Of a stretch of 28,953 nucleotides of DNA, positions 16,761-24,249 are shown piece by piece. Source of the stretch: Patescibacteria group bacterium (lineage in GTDB: Bacteria; Patescibacteriota; Minisyncoccia; Portnoybacterales; UBA2143). Position numbers and translations under genes: made by a program. The stretch lies in the NCBI GenBank assembly GCA_043814195.1, contig JBDRKH010000016.1, forward strand, positions 1-28,953. The letters run 5' to 3'. How positions within the stretch are numbered: position 1 is the stretch's first letter; the number at the start of each line of letters is the position of its first letter. Below the pieces are notes generated by a model. That model did not search any database, had not been told where the DNA came from, and worked only from the letters and a program-made list of their open reading frames with translations.

Positions 16761-19175
16761 ATGCTTAAATACAATCCAAATAAAATTGAACCTAAATGGC
16801 AGAAGAAGTGGGTTGAACAGGATTTATCCCGAGCGATTGATTTTGATAAGCGGCCCAAAAAATATATTATGGTGGAATTCCCCTATCCTTCAGGCGATGG
16901 TTTACATATGGGTCATTTGCGCAGTTATTGCTCTTTAGACGCTCTGGCGCGCAAAAAAAGAATGGAAGGTTTTAATGTTTTGTATCCAATGGGCTGGGAT
17001 GCATTTGGTTTGCCCACGGAAAATTATGCGATTAAAACCGGGATTCACCCAGCTAAAGTGACCGAACAGAATATCAAAGTTTTTAAAAAACAGATGAATT
17101 CTTTGGGTCTTTCTTTTGATTGGTCGCGGGAAATTAATTCTACTGACCCCAAATACTATAAATGGTCCCAGTGGATTTTCCTTCAGTTTTTTAAGAAAGG
17201 TTTGGCTTACCAGTCAGAAATGCCGATTAACTGGTGTCCGAGCTGTAAGATTGGTCTGGCTAATGAAGAGGTAATCGGCGGCAAGTGCGAGCGCTGCGGG
17301 GCCCAGACTGAACAAAAGACCTTAAAACAATGGCTTCTGAAAATTACCGCTTATGCCGACCGGTTGATTGATGATTTGGAAAAAGTTAATTATGTGGAGA
17401 AAATTAAAAAGCAGCAGATTAACTGGATTGGCCGGTCTTATGGTACGGAATTTGACTTGCCGGTGGTTGGCGTAAACGATAAAATAAAGGTTTTTACCAC
17501 CCGGGTTGATACGATTTTCGGCATTACTGCTTTGATTCTGGCGCCAGAGCATCCCTTGGTCAAAAAATTAACTCTCGGCAAATATCAGTCAGAAGTAGAA
17601 AAATACATTAAAGAGTCAAAGAAAAAAAGCGAATTTGAGCGAACTCAATTAGATAAAGAAAAAACCGGCGTTTTCACTGGTTCTTATTGTCTTAATCCGA
17701 TTAATCAGGAAAAAGTGCCCATCTGGGTTTCTGATTATGTGATTGCCACTTATGGAGGCGGAGCCGTCATGATCGTGCCGGCTCATGATAAAAGAGATTG
17801 TCAATTTGCCAAGAAATACGGACTGGAAATTAGAGAAGTAATTGCCGGTGGAGATGTTTCCAAAGAAGCTTTTGTTGATTATGGCAAGCTAGTTAATTCC
17901 GGCGAGTTTAATGGACTAAGTTCAAAAGAGGCGATTGAAAAAATTACTGTTTGGCTGGCTAAAAATGGTTTAGGCAAAAAAACAATTCAATACAAACTGC
18001 GCGACTGGATATTCTCCCGTCAGCACTATTGGGGCGAGCCTATCCCGATTATTCATTGTCCAAAATGCGGAATAGTGGCTGTGCCAGAAAAAGATTTGCC
18101 CGTAGAATTGCCTTATGTGGAAAAATATCAGCCAACTAGTACCGGCGAATCACCCTTGGCCGCAATTAAGGACTGGGTTAATACTAAATGCCCTCAATGT
18201 AATGGTCCGGGGCAAAGAGAAACTGATACGATGCCTAATTGGGCTGGTTCTTCCTGGTATTTTTTAAGATATGTTGACCCGAATAACGATAAAGAGCTGG
18301 CTGATTTCAAAAAATTAAAATACTGGCTGCCAATAGATTTATATAATGGAGGTATGGAGCATACTACTCTCCATCTGCTTTATTCTCGCTTTTGGCATAA
18401 GTTTCTCTATGATTTGGGCAAAGTGCCGACTGAAGAACCATATCAGCGCCGCTATTCTCACGGCGTTGTCCTGGCTGAAGATAATCGGAAAATGAGCAAA
18501 AGTTTTGGCAATGTGATTCGGCCGGATGATGTAGTTAAACAATACGGGGCTGATACTTTAAGATTGTATGAAATGTTTATGGGTCCGTTTGACCAGGCGA
18601 TTTCTTGGAGCGTTAAAGGAGTCCAGGGCTGTTATCGTTTTTTGAATCGGGTTTGGCAGATATTTGGCGATAAAGAAAAAATAAATAAAGAGAGCAGCCA
18701 AGAATTAATTACCAAGCTTCATCAGACAATCAAAAAAGCAGGCGACGATTTGGACAAGATGAAATTTAATACGGCGGTGGCGGCCATGATGGAATTTATT
18801 AATGCTTGGGCAGAGCCAGGCCGAACTTTGACTAAAAAAGACGCAGAAACTTTTTTAAAGATATTAGCACCTTTAGCTCCTCACTTTAGTGAAGAACTTT
18901 GGTCCGCCTCCGTTAAAACTTCGGCGGATAAACAGAGTATTTTTGAACAGAAATGGCCGGAATACAATGAGAAATTAGCTCGGGAAAAAGCTTGGCAATT
19001 GGTTATCCAAATCAACGGAAAGGTTAGAGACAAGATAGAAGTTAAAAAAGGGATTTCTGAAGCAGAAATAAAAAAACTTGCTTTAGAGCAAGAGAAAATT
19101 AAGAAATGGCTGGGAGATAAAAAACCCAAGAAAATTATCTATATTCCCGAAAGATTGATTAATTTGGTGGTCTGA
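16761..19175 (+). CDS. leuS: Leucine--tRNA ligase
   Basis: MLKYNPNKIEPKWQKKW (ATG 16761), FPYPSGDGLHMGH, GWDAFGLP, SRQHYWGEPIP, GGMEHTTLHLLYSRF, KMSKSFGN. Confidence 0.97.
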   Translation: MLKYNPNKIEPKWQKKWVEQDLSRAIDFDKRPKKYIMVEFPYPSGDGLHMGHLRSYCSLDALARKKRMEGFNVLYPMGWDAFGLPTENYAIKTGIHPAKVTEQNIKVFKKQMNSLGLSFDWSREINSTDPKYYKWSQWIFLQFFKKGLAYQSEMPINWCPSCKIGLANEEVIGGKCERCGAQTEQKTLKQWLLKITAYADRLIDDLEKVNYVEKIKKQQINWIGRSYGTEFDLPVVGVNDKIKVFTTRVDTIFGITALILAPEHPLVKKLTLGKYQSEVEKYIKESKKKSEFERTQLDKEKTGVFTGSYCLNPINQEKVPIWVSDYVIATYGGGAVMIVPAHDKRDCQFAKKYGLEIREVIAGGDVSKEAFVDYGKLVNSGEFNGLSSKEAIEKITVWLAKNGLGKKTIQYKLRDWIFSRQHYWGEPIPIIHCPKCGIVAVPEKDLPVELPYVEKYQPTSTGESPLAAIKDWVNTKCPQCNGPGQRETDTMPNWAGSSWYFLRYVDPNNDKELADFKKLKYWLPIDLYNGGMEHTTLHLLYSRFWHKFLYDLGKVPTEEPYQRRYSHGVVLAEDNRKMSKSFGNVIRPDDVVKQYGADTLRLYEMFMGPFDQAISWSVKGVQGCYRFLNRVWQIFGDKEKINKESSQELITKLHQTIKKAGDDLDKMKFNTAVAAMMEFINAWAEPGRTLTKKDAETFLKILAPLAPHFSEELWSASVKTSADKQSIFEQKWPEYNEKLAREKAWQLVIQINGKVRDKIEVKKGISEAEIKKLALEQEKIKKWLGDKKPKKIIYIPERLINLVV

Positions 19176-19182
19176 AATAGAA

Positions 19183-19206
19183 GCGTCTCTGATTTTACAG
19201 AGACGC
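19183..19206 (-). terminator. Hairpin between convergent leuS and the 97-aa gene; probable terminator
   Basis: Perfect 9-bp inverted repeat gcgtctctg-atttta-cagagacgc; the T-rich tail is on the minus strand. Confidence 0.65.
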
Positions 19207-19209
19207 ATG

Positions 19210-19503
19210 TTAAGGGTGGAGTGTATTTGTGAAAAGGACATTGGGAAGAAAGGAGCTGATTTTAAAACAGAATCTTCTGTATTTGCACACAGCTTGGTCG
19301 CAATAATTGTTTTCAGCTTTGCCGAAACAATCAAAATTACCCTCTTTGATTTGTTTTCGCCTAACCAGAGGAACCGCTTTTTGTACAAAACAATCATCGC
19401 ATAAAGAACCAGAAATATCGTTTTCTCCCCAGGAAATTTTTTCTCCTCCATCTTTCTTCCATTCTTTTCCGCATTTTACGCATTTCACCTTTAAATCGCA
19501 CAT
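19210..19503 (-). CDS. Small Cys-rich protein (97 aa, 8 Cys), putative two zinc sites
   Basis: SD TAAGGAGGTG at 19518-19509, promoter TTGCCA-17-GATAAT and a downstream hairpin; CxxC...CxxC plus EGNFDCFGKAENNYCDQAVCKYRRFC. Confidence 0.8.
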   Translation of the reverse strand: MCDLKVKCVKCGKEWKKDGGEKISWGENDISGSLCDDCFVQKAVPLVRRKQIKEGNFDCFGKAENNYCDQAVCKYRRFCFKISSFLPNVLFTNTLHP

Positions 19504-19542
19504 TATCCCACCTCCTTATATTGAAAAAGAACCTTTGTCTTC

Positions 19543-19571
19543 ATTATCCTATCTTAATTTTATTTTGGCAA
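19543..19571 (-). promoter_or_regulatory. Promoter of the 97-aa gene
   Basis: TTGCCA (19571-19566)-17 nt-GATAAT (19548-19543). Confidence 0.55.
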
Positions 19572-19579
19572 TATCTATT

Positions 19580-19588
19580 TGTGGATAA
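19580..19588 (-). promoter_or_regulatory. Single consensus DnaA box
   Basis: TGTGGATAA on + equals TTATCCACA on -. Confidence 0.55.
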
Positions 19589-19597
19589 CAAAAAACT

Positions 19598-20245
19598 ATG
19601 GAAATAATCAAGGTTAATTTATCAGGCGATTGGAAGGAGATTGACCAGAAAATTATTGAACTGGCCGCGGGCGTGATTGAACGAAACGGAGCGATTATTT
19701 TTCCGACTGACACAGTTTATGGCTTGGGGGTCAGGGCTTTAAATGAGTATGCGATTGACAGATTGTTTAAAATAAAAAAGCGACCAGAAACCAAGCCGGT
19801 GCCGGTTATGGTCCGCGATATTAAAATGGCCAGAAAACTGGCTTATTTTGATAGGAAAAAAGAAAAGATTTTAGAGCAGGTCTGGCCCGGCCAGGTGACG
19901 GTGGTTTTGGAAAAAAGAGAGGTTGTTCCGAGTATTTTAACGGCTGGCCAGAGAACCATTGGTTTGAGAATTGCTGACCACCCGTTCGTCAGCGCCTTAA
20001 TGGAAAAATTGAATGAGCCGATTACCGCTACTTCAGCTAATTTTTCCGGCGAGCCGCCTATGATTTCTTCCAGTCTAGTAATCAAAACTTTTGAAAAGGC
20101 CTATCCTCGGCCTGATTTAATTTTAGACGCGGGCGATTTGCCAATTAGCCCGCCTTCTACAGTTTTGGATTTAACCAGTTCAAAACCCAAAATTCTTCGG
20201 ATCGGTCCAGTCACCAAAAAAGATTTAATGAAAATGTTAAAGTAA
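19598..20245 (+). CDS. tsaC: L-threonylcarbamoyladenylate synthase (TsaC/Sua5 family, no Sua5 C-terminal domain)
   Basis: IIFPTDTVYGLG, LFKIKKRP, WPGQVT, IGLRI, TATSANFSG, PSTVLD. Confidence 0.95.
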   Translation: MEIIKVNLSGDWKEIDQKIIELAAGVIERNGAIIFPTDTVYGLGVRALNEYAIDRLFKIKKRPETKPVPVMVRDIKMARKLAYFDRKKEKILEQVWPGQVTVVLEKREVVPSILTAGQRTIGLRIADHPFVSALMEKLNEPITATSANFSGEPPMISSSLVIKTFEKAYPRPDLILDAGDLPISPPSTVLDLTSSKPKILRIGPVTKKDLMKMLK

Positions 20246-20248
20246 AAT

Positions 20249-20334
20249 GGTGCCGAAGGTGGGAGTCGAACCCACAAGGGCGTGAGCCCACAGCATTTTG
20301 AGTGCTGCGTGTTTCCCAATTTCACCACTTCGGC
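20249..20334 (-). tRNA. tRNA-Leu(CAA), 86 nt, CCA encoded
   Basis: GCCGAAG/CTTCGGC-ACCA acceptor stem; anticodon arm CAGCA-CTCAAAA-TGCTG; long variable arm; T-loop TTCGACT. Confidence 0.96.
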
Positions 20335-20364
20335 TCATTGTTATTCTCTCTTAAAAATCCTGGC

Positions 20365-20393
20365 TTGTCAATTAAAAATTATTTGAGTATAAT
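20365..20393 (+). promoter_or_regulatory. sigma70-type promoter of parA
   Basis: TTGTCA-17 nt-TATAAT, 7 nt before the ATG at 20401. Confidence 0.7.
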
Positions 20394-20400
20394 ATAATTA

Positions 20401-21165
20401 ATGGCTCGAATAATTGGATTGGTTAATCAAAAAGGAGGGGTGGCAAAAACTACCTCGGCTCTTAATTTATCAGCCTACTTAGCTGCTTTGGGTAAGTATG
20501 TTCTTTTGGTTGATATTGACCCGCAAGCTAATGCTACTTCTGGTTTGGGGATTAATCCTCAAACCGTGCCTTTGAATTTATACCATTCTTTAATTGGCGG
20601 TTTGCTGCCCGAAGAGATTATCCGACGAACTGGACTTTTTGGTTATGATATTATGCCAGCCGCGCCGGATTTGGCCGGAGCAACTGTCGAATTGGTTAAT
20701 ATGCCCAATCGGGAGTTTAGGCTCTATGAATTATTGCGCCGAATCAGAATCAATTATGACTATATTCTAATTGATTGTCCGCCCAGCTTAGGCTTATTAA
20801 CCATCAATGGTTTAGTGGCCGCCGATGAAGTGATTATTCCGGTTCAGTGCGAATATTATGCCTTGGAAGGATTGGGTCAGCTTTTAAGAACGGTTGAGTT
20901 AGTTCAGGAAAATTTAAATAGTCCGACCAAGATTAAAGGCGCTTTACTAACCATGTACGACCGGCGCAATCGGCTTTCTCGCCAGGTGCGCAAAGAAATG
21001 GAAAGAAATTTTGCCGGCCATGTTTTTGAATCAATTATTCCCCGCTGCGTTAAATTGGCTGAAGCGCCCAGCTTTGGCCAGTCAATTATTCAATACAGCC
21101 CTCATTCTAAGGGGGCCCGGGCTTATCAGCAATTAGCCCAAGAAATAATTAATTTGGATAAATAA
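20401..21165 (+). CDS. parA: ParA/Soj chromosome-partitioning ATPase
   Basis: NQKGGVAKTT (deviant Walker A), VDIDPQANAT, IDCPPSLG, PVQCEYYALEG, LAEAPSFG. Confidence 0.97.
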   Translation: MARIIGLVNQKGGVAKTTSALNLSAYLAALGKYVLLVDIDPQANATSGLGINPQTVPLNLYHSLIGGLLPEEIIRRTGLFGYDIMPAAPDLAGATVELVNMPNREFRLYELLRRIRINYDYILIDCPPSLGLLTINGLVAADEVIIPVQCEYYALEGLGQLLRTVELVQENLNSPTKIKGALLTMYDRRNRLSRQVRKEMERNFAGHVFESIIPRCVKLAEAPSFGQSIIQYSPHSKGARAYQQLAQEIINLDK

Positions 21166-21167
21166 AT

Positions 21168-21240
21168 CATAAAACCTGAAACATAAAACCTGAAACATAT
21201 TTTATTAATGTTTCAAGTTTCAAGTTTCAAGTTTCAAGTT
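21168..21240. repeat. Heptamer-based tandem repeats between parA and parB
   Basis: (cataaaacctgaaa)x2 at 21168-21195 and (gtttcaa)x4 at 21210-21237; inverted repeat tgaaacat/atgtttca. Confidence 0.85.
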
Positions 21241-21242
21241 GT

Positions 21243-22157
21243 ATGACTCAATCACTTGGCAAAGGACTTCAATCCCTAATTCCTAAAAAAGAATCTAAAA
21301 TTACCGGTCTGATTAAGGATTTAGATAAAAGTAATAATTGGCTAAAAACCAAAAAGGAAAAGGAAAGTATTTTTAATGTAGAAACAGATAAGATTGTTCC
21401 TAATCCTAATCAGCCGCGCAAAGAATTATCAGAAGAAAGCTTAAAAGAATTAGCCAGTTCAATCAGGGAGCACGGAATTCTTCAGCCTTTGCTGGTGACT
21501 AAAATAGAAAAAGCAACTGAAAGAGGCCAGCAGGTAGGATATGAATTAGTGGCCGGAGAAAGAAGGTGGCGGGCCGCCCAAATGGTTGGCTTGCCCCATG
21601 TGCCAGTGATTATCCGGGACAGCGCGGCAGATGAAAAATTAGAATTAGCTTTAGTAGAAAATATCCAGCGGGAAAACTTAAATGCCATGGAACTAGCCCG
21701 CGCCTATAAACAGCTTCAGGGGGATTTTGGCTTAAGACATTTAGATATTGGTCAGAAAGTAGGCAAGAGTCGGACAGCGATTACTAATACCATGCGTTTA
21801 TTAACTCTGCCGCCGCAGGTTCAGCAAGCAATGTTTAATGGACAAATTAGCGAAGGCCATGGCCGGGCTTTGTTAATGGCTCGACCTCAAGCCCAAATGC
21901 CGATTTTCCGAACGATTATCAGAAATGGTTTGAATGTTCGTCAAACAGAAGACAGAGCCAGAAAAGAAGCTTTGCCAGATAAACCAAAAGGGGTTGGACC
22001 TAAAAACCCTTTTTTCAAAAAAATTGAAAAAGACCTAAGGGAAAGCTTGGGTCGTCGGGTCAGTATTCTGAAAAGAGGCGATAGCAATTATATTAATATT
22101 GAATTTGCCAATCAGAAAGAATTGGATAAAATAGTCAGCCAATTGATGAAGATTTAA
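21243..22157 (+). CDS. parB: ParB/Spo0J partition protein
   Basis: PNPNQPRK, ELASSIREHGILQPLLV, LVAGERRWRA, ALVENIQRENL, GKSRTAITNTMRLL, ISEGHGRALL. Confidence 0.97.
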   Translation: MTQSLGKGLQSLIPKKESKITGLIKDLDKSNNWLKTKKEKESIFNVETDKIVPNPNQPRKELSEESLKELASSIREHGILQPLLVTKIEKATERGQQVGYELVAGERRWRAAQMVGLPHVPVIIRDSAADEKLELALVENIQRENLNAMELARAYKQLQGDFGLRHLDIGQKVGKSRTAITNTMRLLTLPPQVQQAMFNGQISEGHGRALLMARPQAQMPIFRTIIRNGLNVRQTEDRARKEALPDKPKGVGPKNPFFKKIEKDLRESLGRRVSILKRGDSNYINIEFANQKELDKIVSQLMKI

Positions 22158-23632
22158 TCTTTTTTCCGGTACCAAGCCTTAATTCGGCTTTTAGCCTGGC
22201 TGGTTTTAACGAATTTAAGCCAATCTTGATTTGGCTTTTTATTTTTTCCCATCATAATCTCAACCATCTGGCCGTTTTGCAGAGATTTAGATAAAGGACT
22301 AAGTTTGCCGTCAATTTTAGCGCCAGTACATTTATCGCCAATATCGCTGTGAATCTGATAGGCAAAATCTATTGAGGTGGCTCCTTCAGGTAGATTTATG
22401 ACATCGCCTTTGGGCGTAAAAACAAAAATCCGGTCTTTAAGAAAATCAATTTTCAATGAATCAATAAATTCCTGAGACGAACTAAACCCTTCTTTTTGCC
22501 ATTCTTGGAGCTGTTTAACCCAGGTTAATTCTTTGGTCAGTTGAAGACTTTCTTTTTCGGTTTGTCCTAAGAGCGCTTTTTTAATATATTCTTTAATCCC
22601 TTTTTTCTCGCTGTAATGCCAGTGAGCGGCAATTCCATGTTCAGCTTCCCCGTGCATTTCCTGGGTGCGGATTTGAAACTCAGTAATTTTGCCGCCTTGG
22701 CAGAAAACCGTAGTATGAAGCGAACGATAGCCATTGGGCTTGGGGATAGCAATATAGTCTTTGATTCGTCCAATCAAAGGCTTCCAATATTTATGAATCA
22801 TTCCCAGAACTGCGTAGCAGGCTTCCACATCAGGCACAATAATTCTTAAGGCAACCAGGTCATAAATTTTATGCCAATCCATATCATAGCGGAGAAGTTT
22901 CTTGTAAAGACTATAATAATGTTTGGTCCGGGAATAAATATTGATTACCCTTATTCCTTTTTGGTTTAATATTTTTTTAACCAAAGGAGCAATTTTTTCA
23001 AGATATTTTTGTCCTTCTCTGTATTTGTCTTTCACTTGGCTAGTAATATATTCATATTCTTGAGGATAAGCGTATTTAAAAGCCAGGTCTTCCAATTGTC
23101 CTTTGATTTCACCAATTCCTAATCGGTCAGCTAAAGGCGCATAGATTTCTAAAGTTTCTAAAGCCAGTCTTTTCTGTTTTTCTTCGGAGAAAACTGAAAG
23201 GGTTTTTAAGCCATGGAGCCGATTGACTAATTTAATTAAAACCACCCGGATATCCTGAGCCATGGCCAGGAATAATTTACGAAGATTTTCCGCGCTCCGT
23301 TCAGCTTTTTTATGTTCTATTTTGCCAATATTAGTTACTCCTTCAACCAGAAAAACTATTTCTGAGCCAAAATTCTTTCCCAGTTCTTTTTTGCTGACTC
23401 TGGCTCTTTCCAAAGATTCGTGAAGAACCGCTGTGCTAATGCTAATTTTGTCCAATTCAAGCTTAGCCACATCAAGGGCGATTTCTAAACAGTGGTCAAG
23501 ATAAGTTTCGCCGGAAAGTCGAACCAGGCCTTGATATTTTTCTTGGGCAAAGAGGCAGGCTTTCTCAATAAAATCAAAATCCAGATTAGGATTAATTTTT
23601 TTTAATTTGACTAAAAAATCTGGTATGGTCAT
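22154..23632 (-). CDS. rel: RelA/SpoT homologue (HD-SYNTH-TGS, no ACT domain); hydrolase site degenerate
   Basis: DLVALRII, RIKDYIAIPKPNGYRSLHTTV, EFQIRT...GIAAHWHY, TGS motif IFVFTPKGDVINLPEGATSIDFAY. Confidence 0.93.
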   Translation of the reverse strand: MTIPDFLVKLKKINPNLDFDFIEKACLFAQEKYQGLVRLSGETYLDHCLEIALDVAKLELDKISISTAVLHESLERARVSKKELGKNFGSEIVFLVEGVTNIGKIEHKKAERSAENLRKLFLAMAQDIRVVLIKLVNRLHGLKTLSVFSEEKQKRLALETLEIYAPLADRLGIGEIKGQLEDLAFKYAYPQEYEYITSQVKDKYREGQKYLEKIAPLVKKILNQKGIRVINIYSRTKHYYSLYKKLLRYDMDWHKIYDLVALRIIVPDVEACYAVLGMIHKYWKPLIGRIKDYIAIPKPNGYRSLHTTVFCQGGKITEFQIRTQEMHGEAEHGIAAHWHYSEKKGIKEYIKKALLGQTEKESLQLTKELTWVKQLQEWQKEGFSSSQEFIDSLKIDFLKDRIFVFTPKGDVINLPEGATSIDFAYQIHSDIGDKCTGAKIDGKLSPLSKSLQNGQMVEIMMGKNKKPNQDWLKFVKTSQAKSRIKAWYRKKD

Positions 23633-23638
23633 AAAAAT

Positions 23639-23667
23639 ATTCTAACGGCTTGACTTTGATAAGACAA
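23639..23667 (-). promoter_or_regulatory. Promoter of rel
   Basis: TTGTCT-17 nt-TAGAAT, 6 nt before the ATG at 23632. Confidence 0.6.
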
Positions 23668-23677
23668 GGGGTATAAT
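23650..23677 (+). promoter_or_regulatory. Promoter of the Nudix-like gene
   Basis: TTGACT-16 nt-TATAAT. Confidence 0.65.
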
Positions 23678-23744
23678 GAAAGCAAGAATGTTCTTTTTAT
23701 TAAATATCAGCTAGAAGAAATATTGAATGAAGGGGGTGATTGTT

Positions 23745-24188
23745 TTGAAAAGGGAAACCTTGGTTTCGGCTAAGCTGCTTGTGGCCGGTTTACTTAAGAA
23801 AGGAGGCGAGGTTGTCTTAGTGGATTGGCACGGACAATTGTCTTTGCCTACTGGCAAGATGGATGCCAAAAGAGATACTGATTTGAGGAGAACTCTTGTC
23901 AGAGAAATGGAAGAGGAATTTCCGAAACTGACCCATTTAGAAATAATTGAGTCTCTTGGGGTGGTGGTCAGAAACGGAAATAACACATTGCTTTCTTTTG
24001 AGATTTTGTCTTGTAATATCCAAGGAGAGATAGATGTCTTTATGGAAGGTAAATTCGCTATCCTCATCAGGCCGGTTGAAGCATTGAAACTGCCTTGGTT
24101 GGATATTTTGTCAAGAGAAGCTATAACCAGATATGTAAAGAGATATCCGGGAATTGGCAAAAGAGAGGAGGGGAAAAATGACTTGTAA
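23745..24188 (+). CDS. Nudix-like hydrolase (degenerate Nudix box); start is TTG 23745 or ATG 23727
   Basis: LSLPTGKMDAKRDTDLRRTLVREMEEEF resembles Gx5Ex7REUxEExGU; SD-like AGGGGGTGA at 23731-23739 precedes the TTG. Confidence 0.65.
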   Translation: MKRETLVSAKLLVAGLLKKGGEVVLVDWHGQLSLPTGKMDAKRDTDLRRTLVREMEEEFPKLTHLEIIESLGVVVRNGNNTLLSFEILSCNIQGEIDVFMEGKFAILIRPVEALKLPWLDILSREAITRYVKRYPGIGKREEGKNDL

Positions 24189-24207
24189 ATCTTCTTCTAG
24201 CTGTGAG

Positions 24208-24249
24208 AAGCCCCGGTTTATTGATTAACAATAGAATGAATCGGGGCTT
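24208..24249. terminator. Probable bidirectional terminator between the Nudix-like gene and topA
   Basis: aagccccggtt...aatcggggctt, an 11-bp stem with one G-T, followed by a T-rich run. Confidence 0.7.

Noticed and set aside
3854-18542. Short alternative-frame or antisense ORFs inside argS, ileS, the 622-aa gene, glyS, rsmI, metG, tatD and leuS
   Set aside because: Fully nested in well-supported genes, with no SD, motifs or independent signals.
18881-19588. ORFs 18881-19129, 19083-19451, 19207-19404 and 19307-19588
   Set aside because: They overlap leuS or the 97-aa gene, which alone has an SD, promoter, terminator and patterned cysteines.
20101-20334. 75-aa ORF over the tRNA; tRNA-Leu as a prophage or island attachment site
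   Set aside because: The ORF is a read-through of the tRNA sequence. No integrase and no duplicated tRNA 3' end were found.
19580-22157. Replication origin or canonical parS near parAB
   Set aside because: One DnaA box only, no box cluster, no dnaA gene and no intact TGTTTCACGTGAAACA palindrome found by eye.
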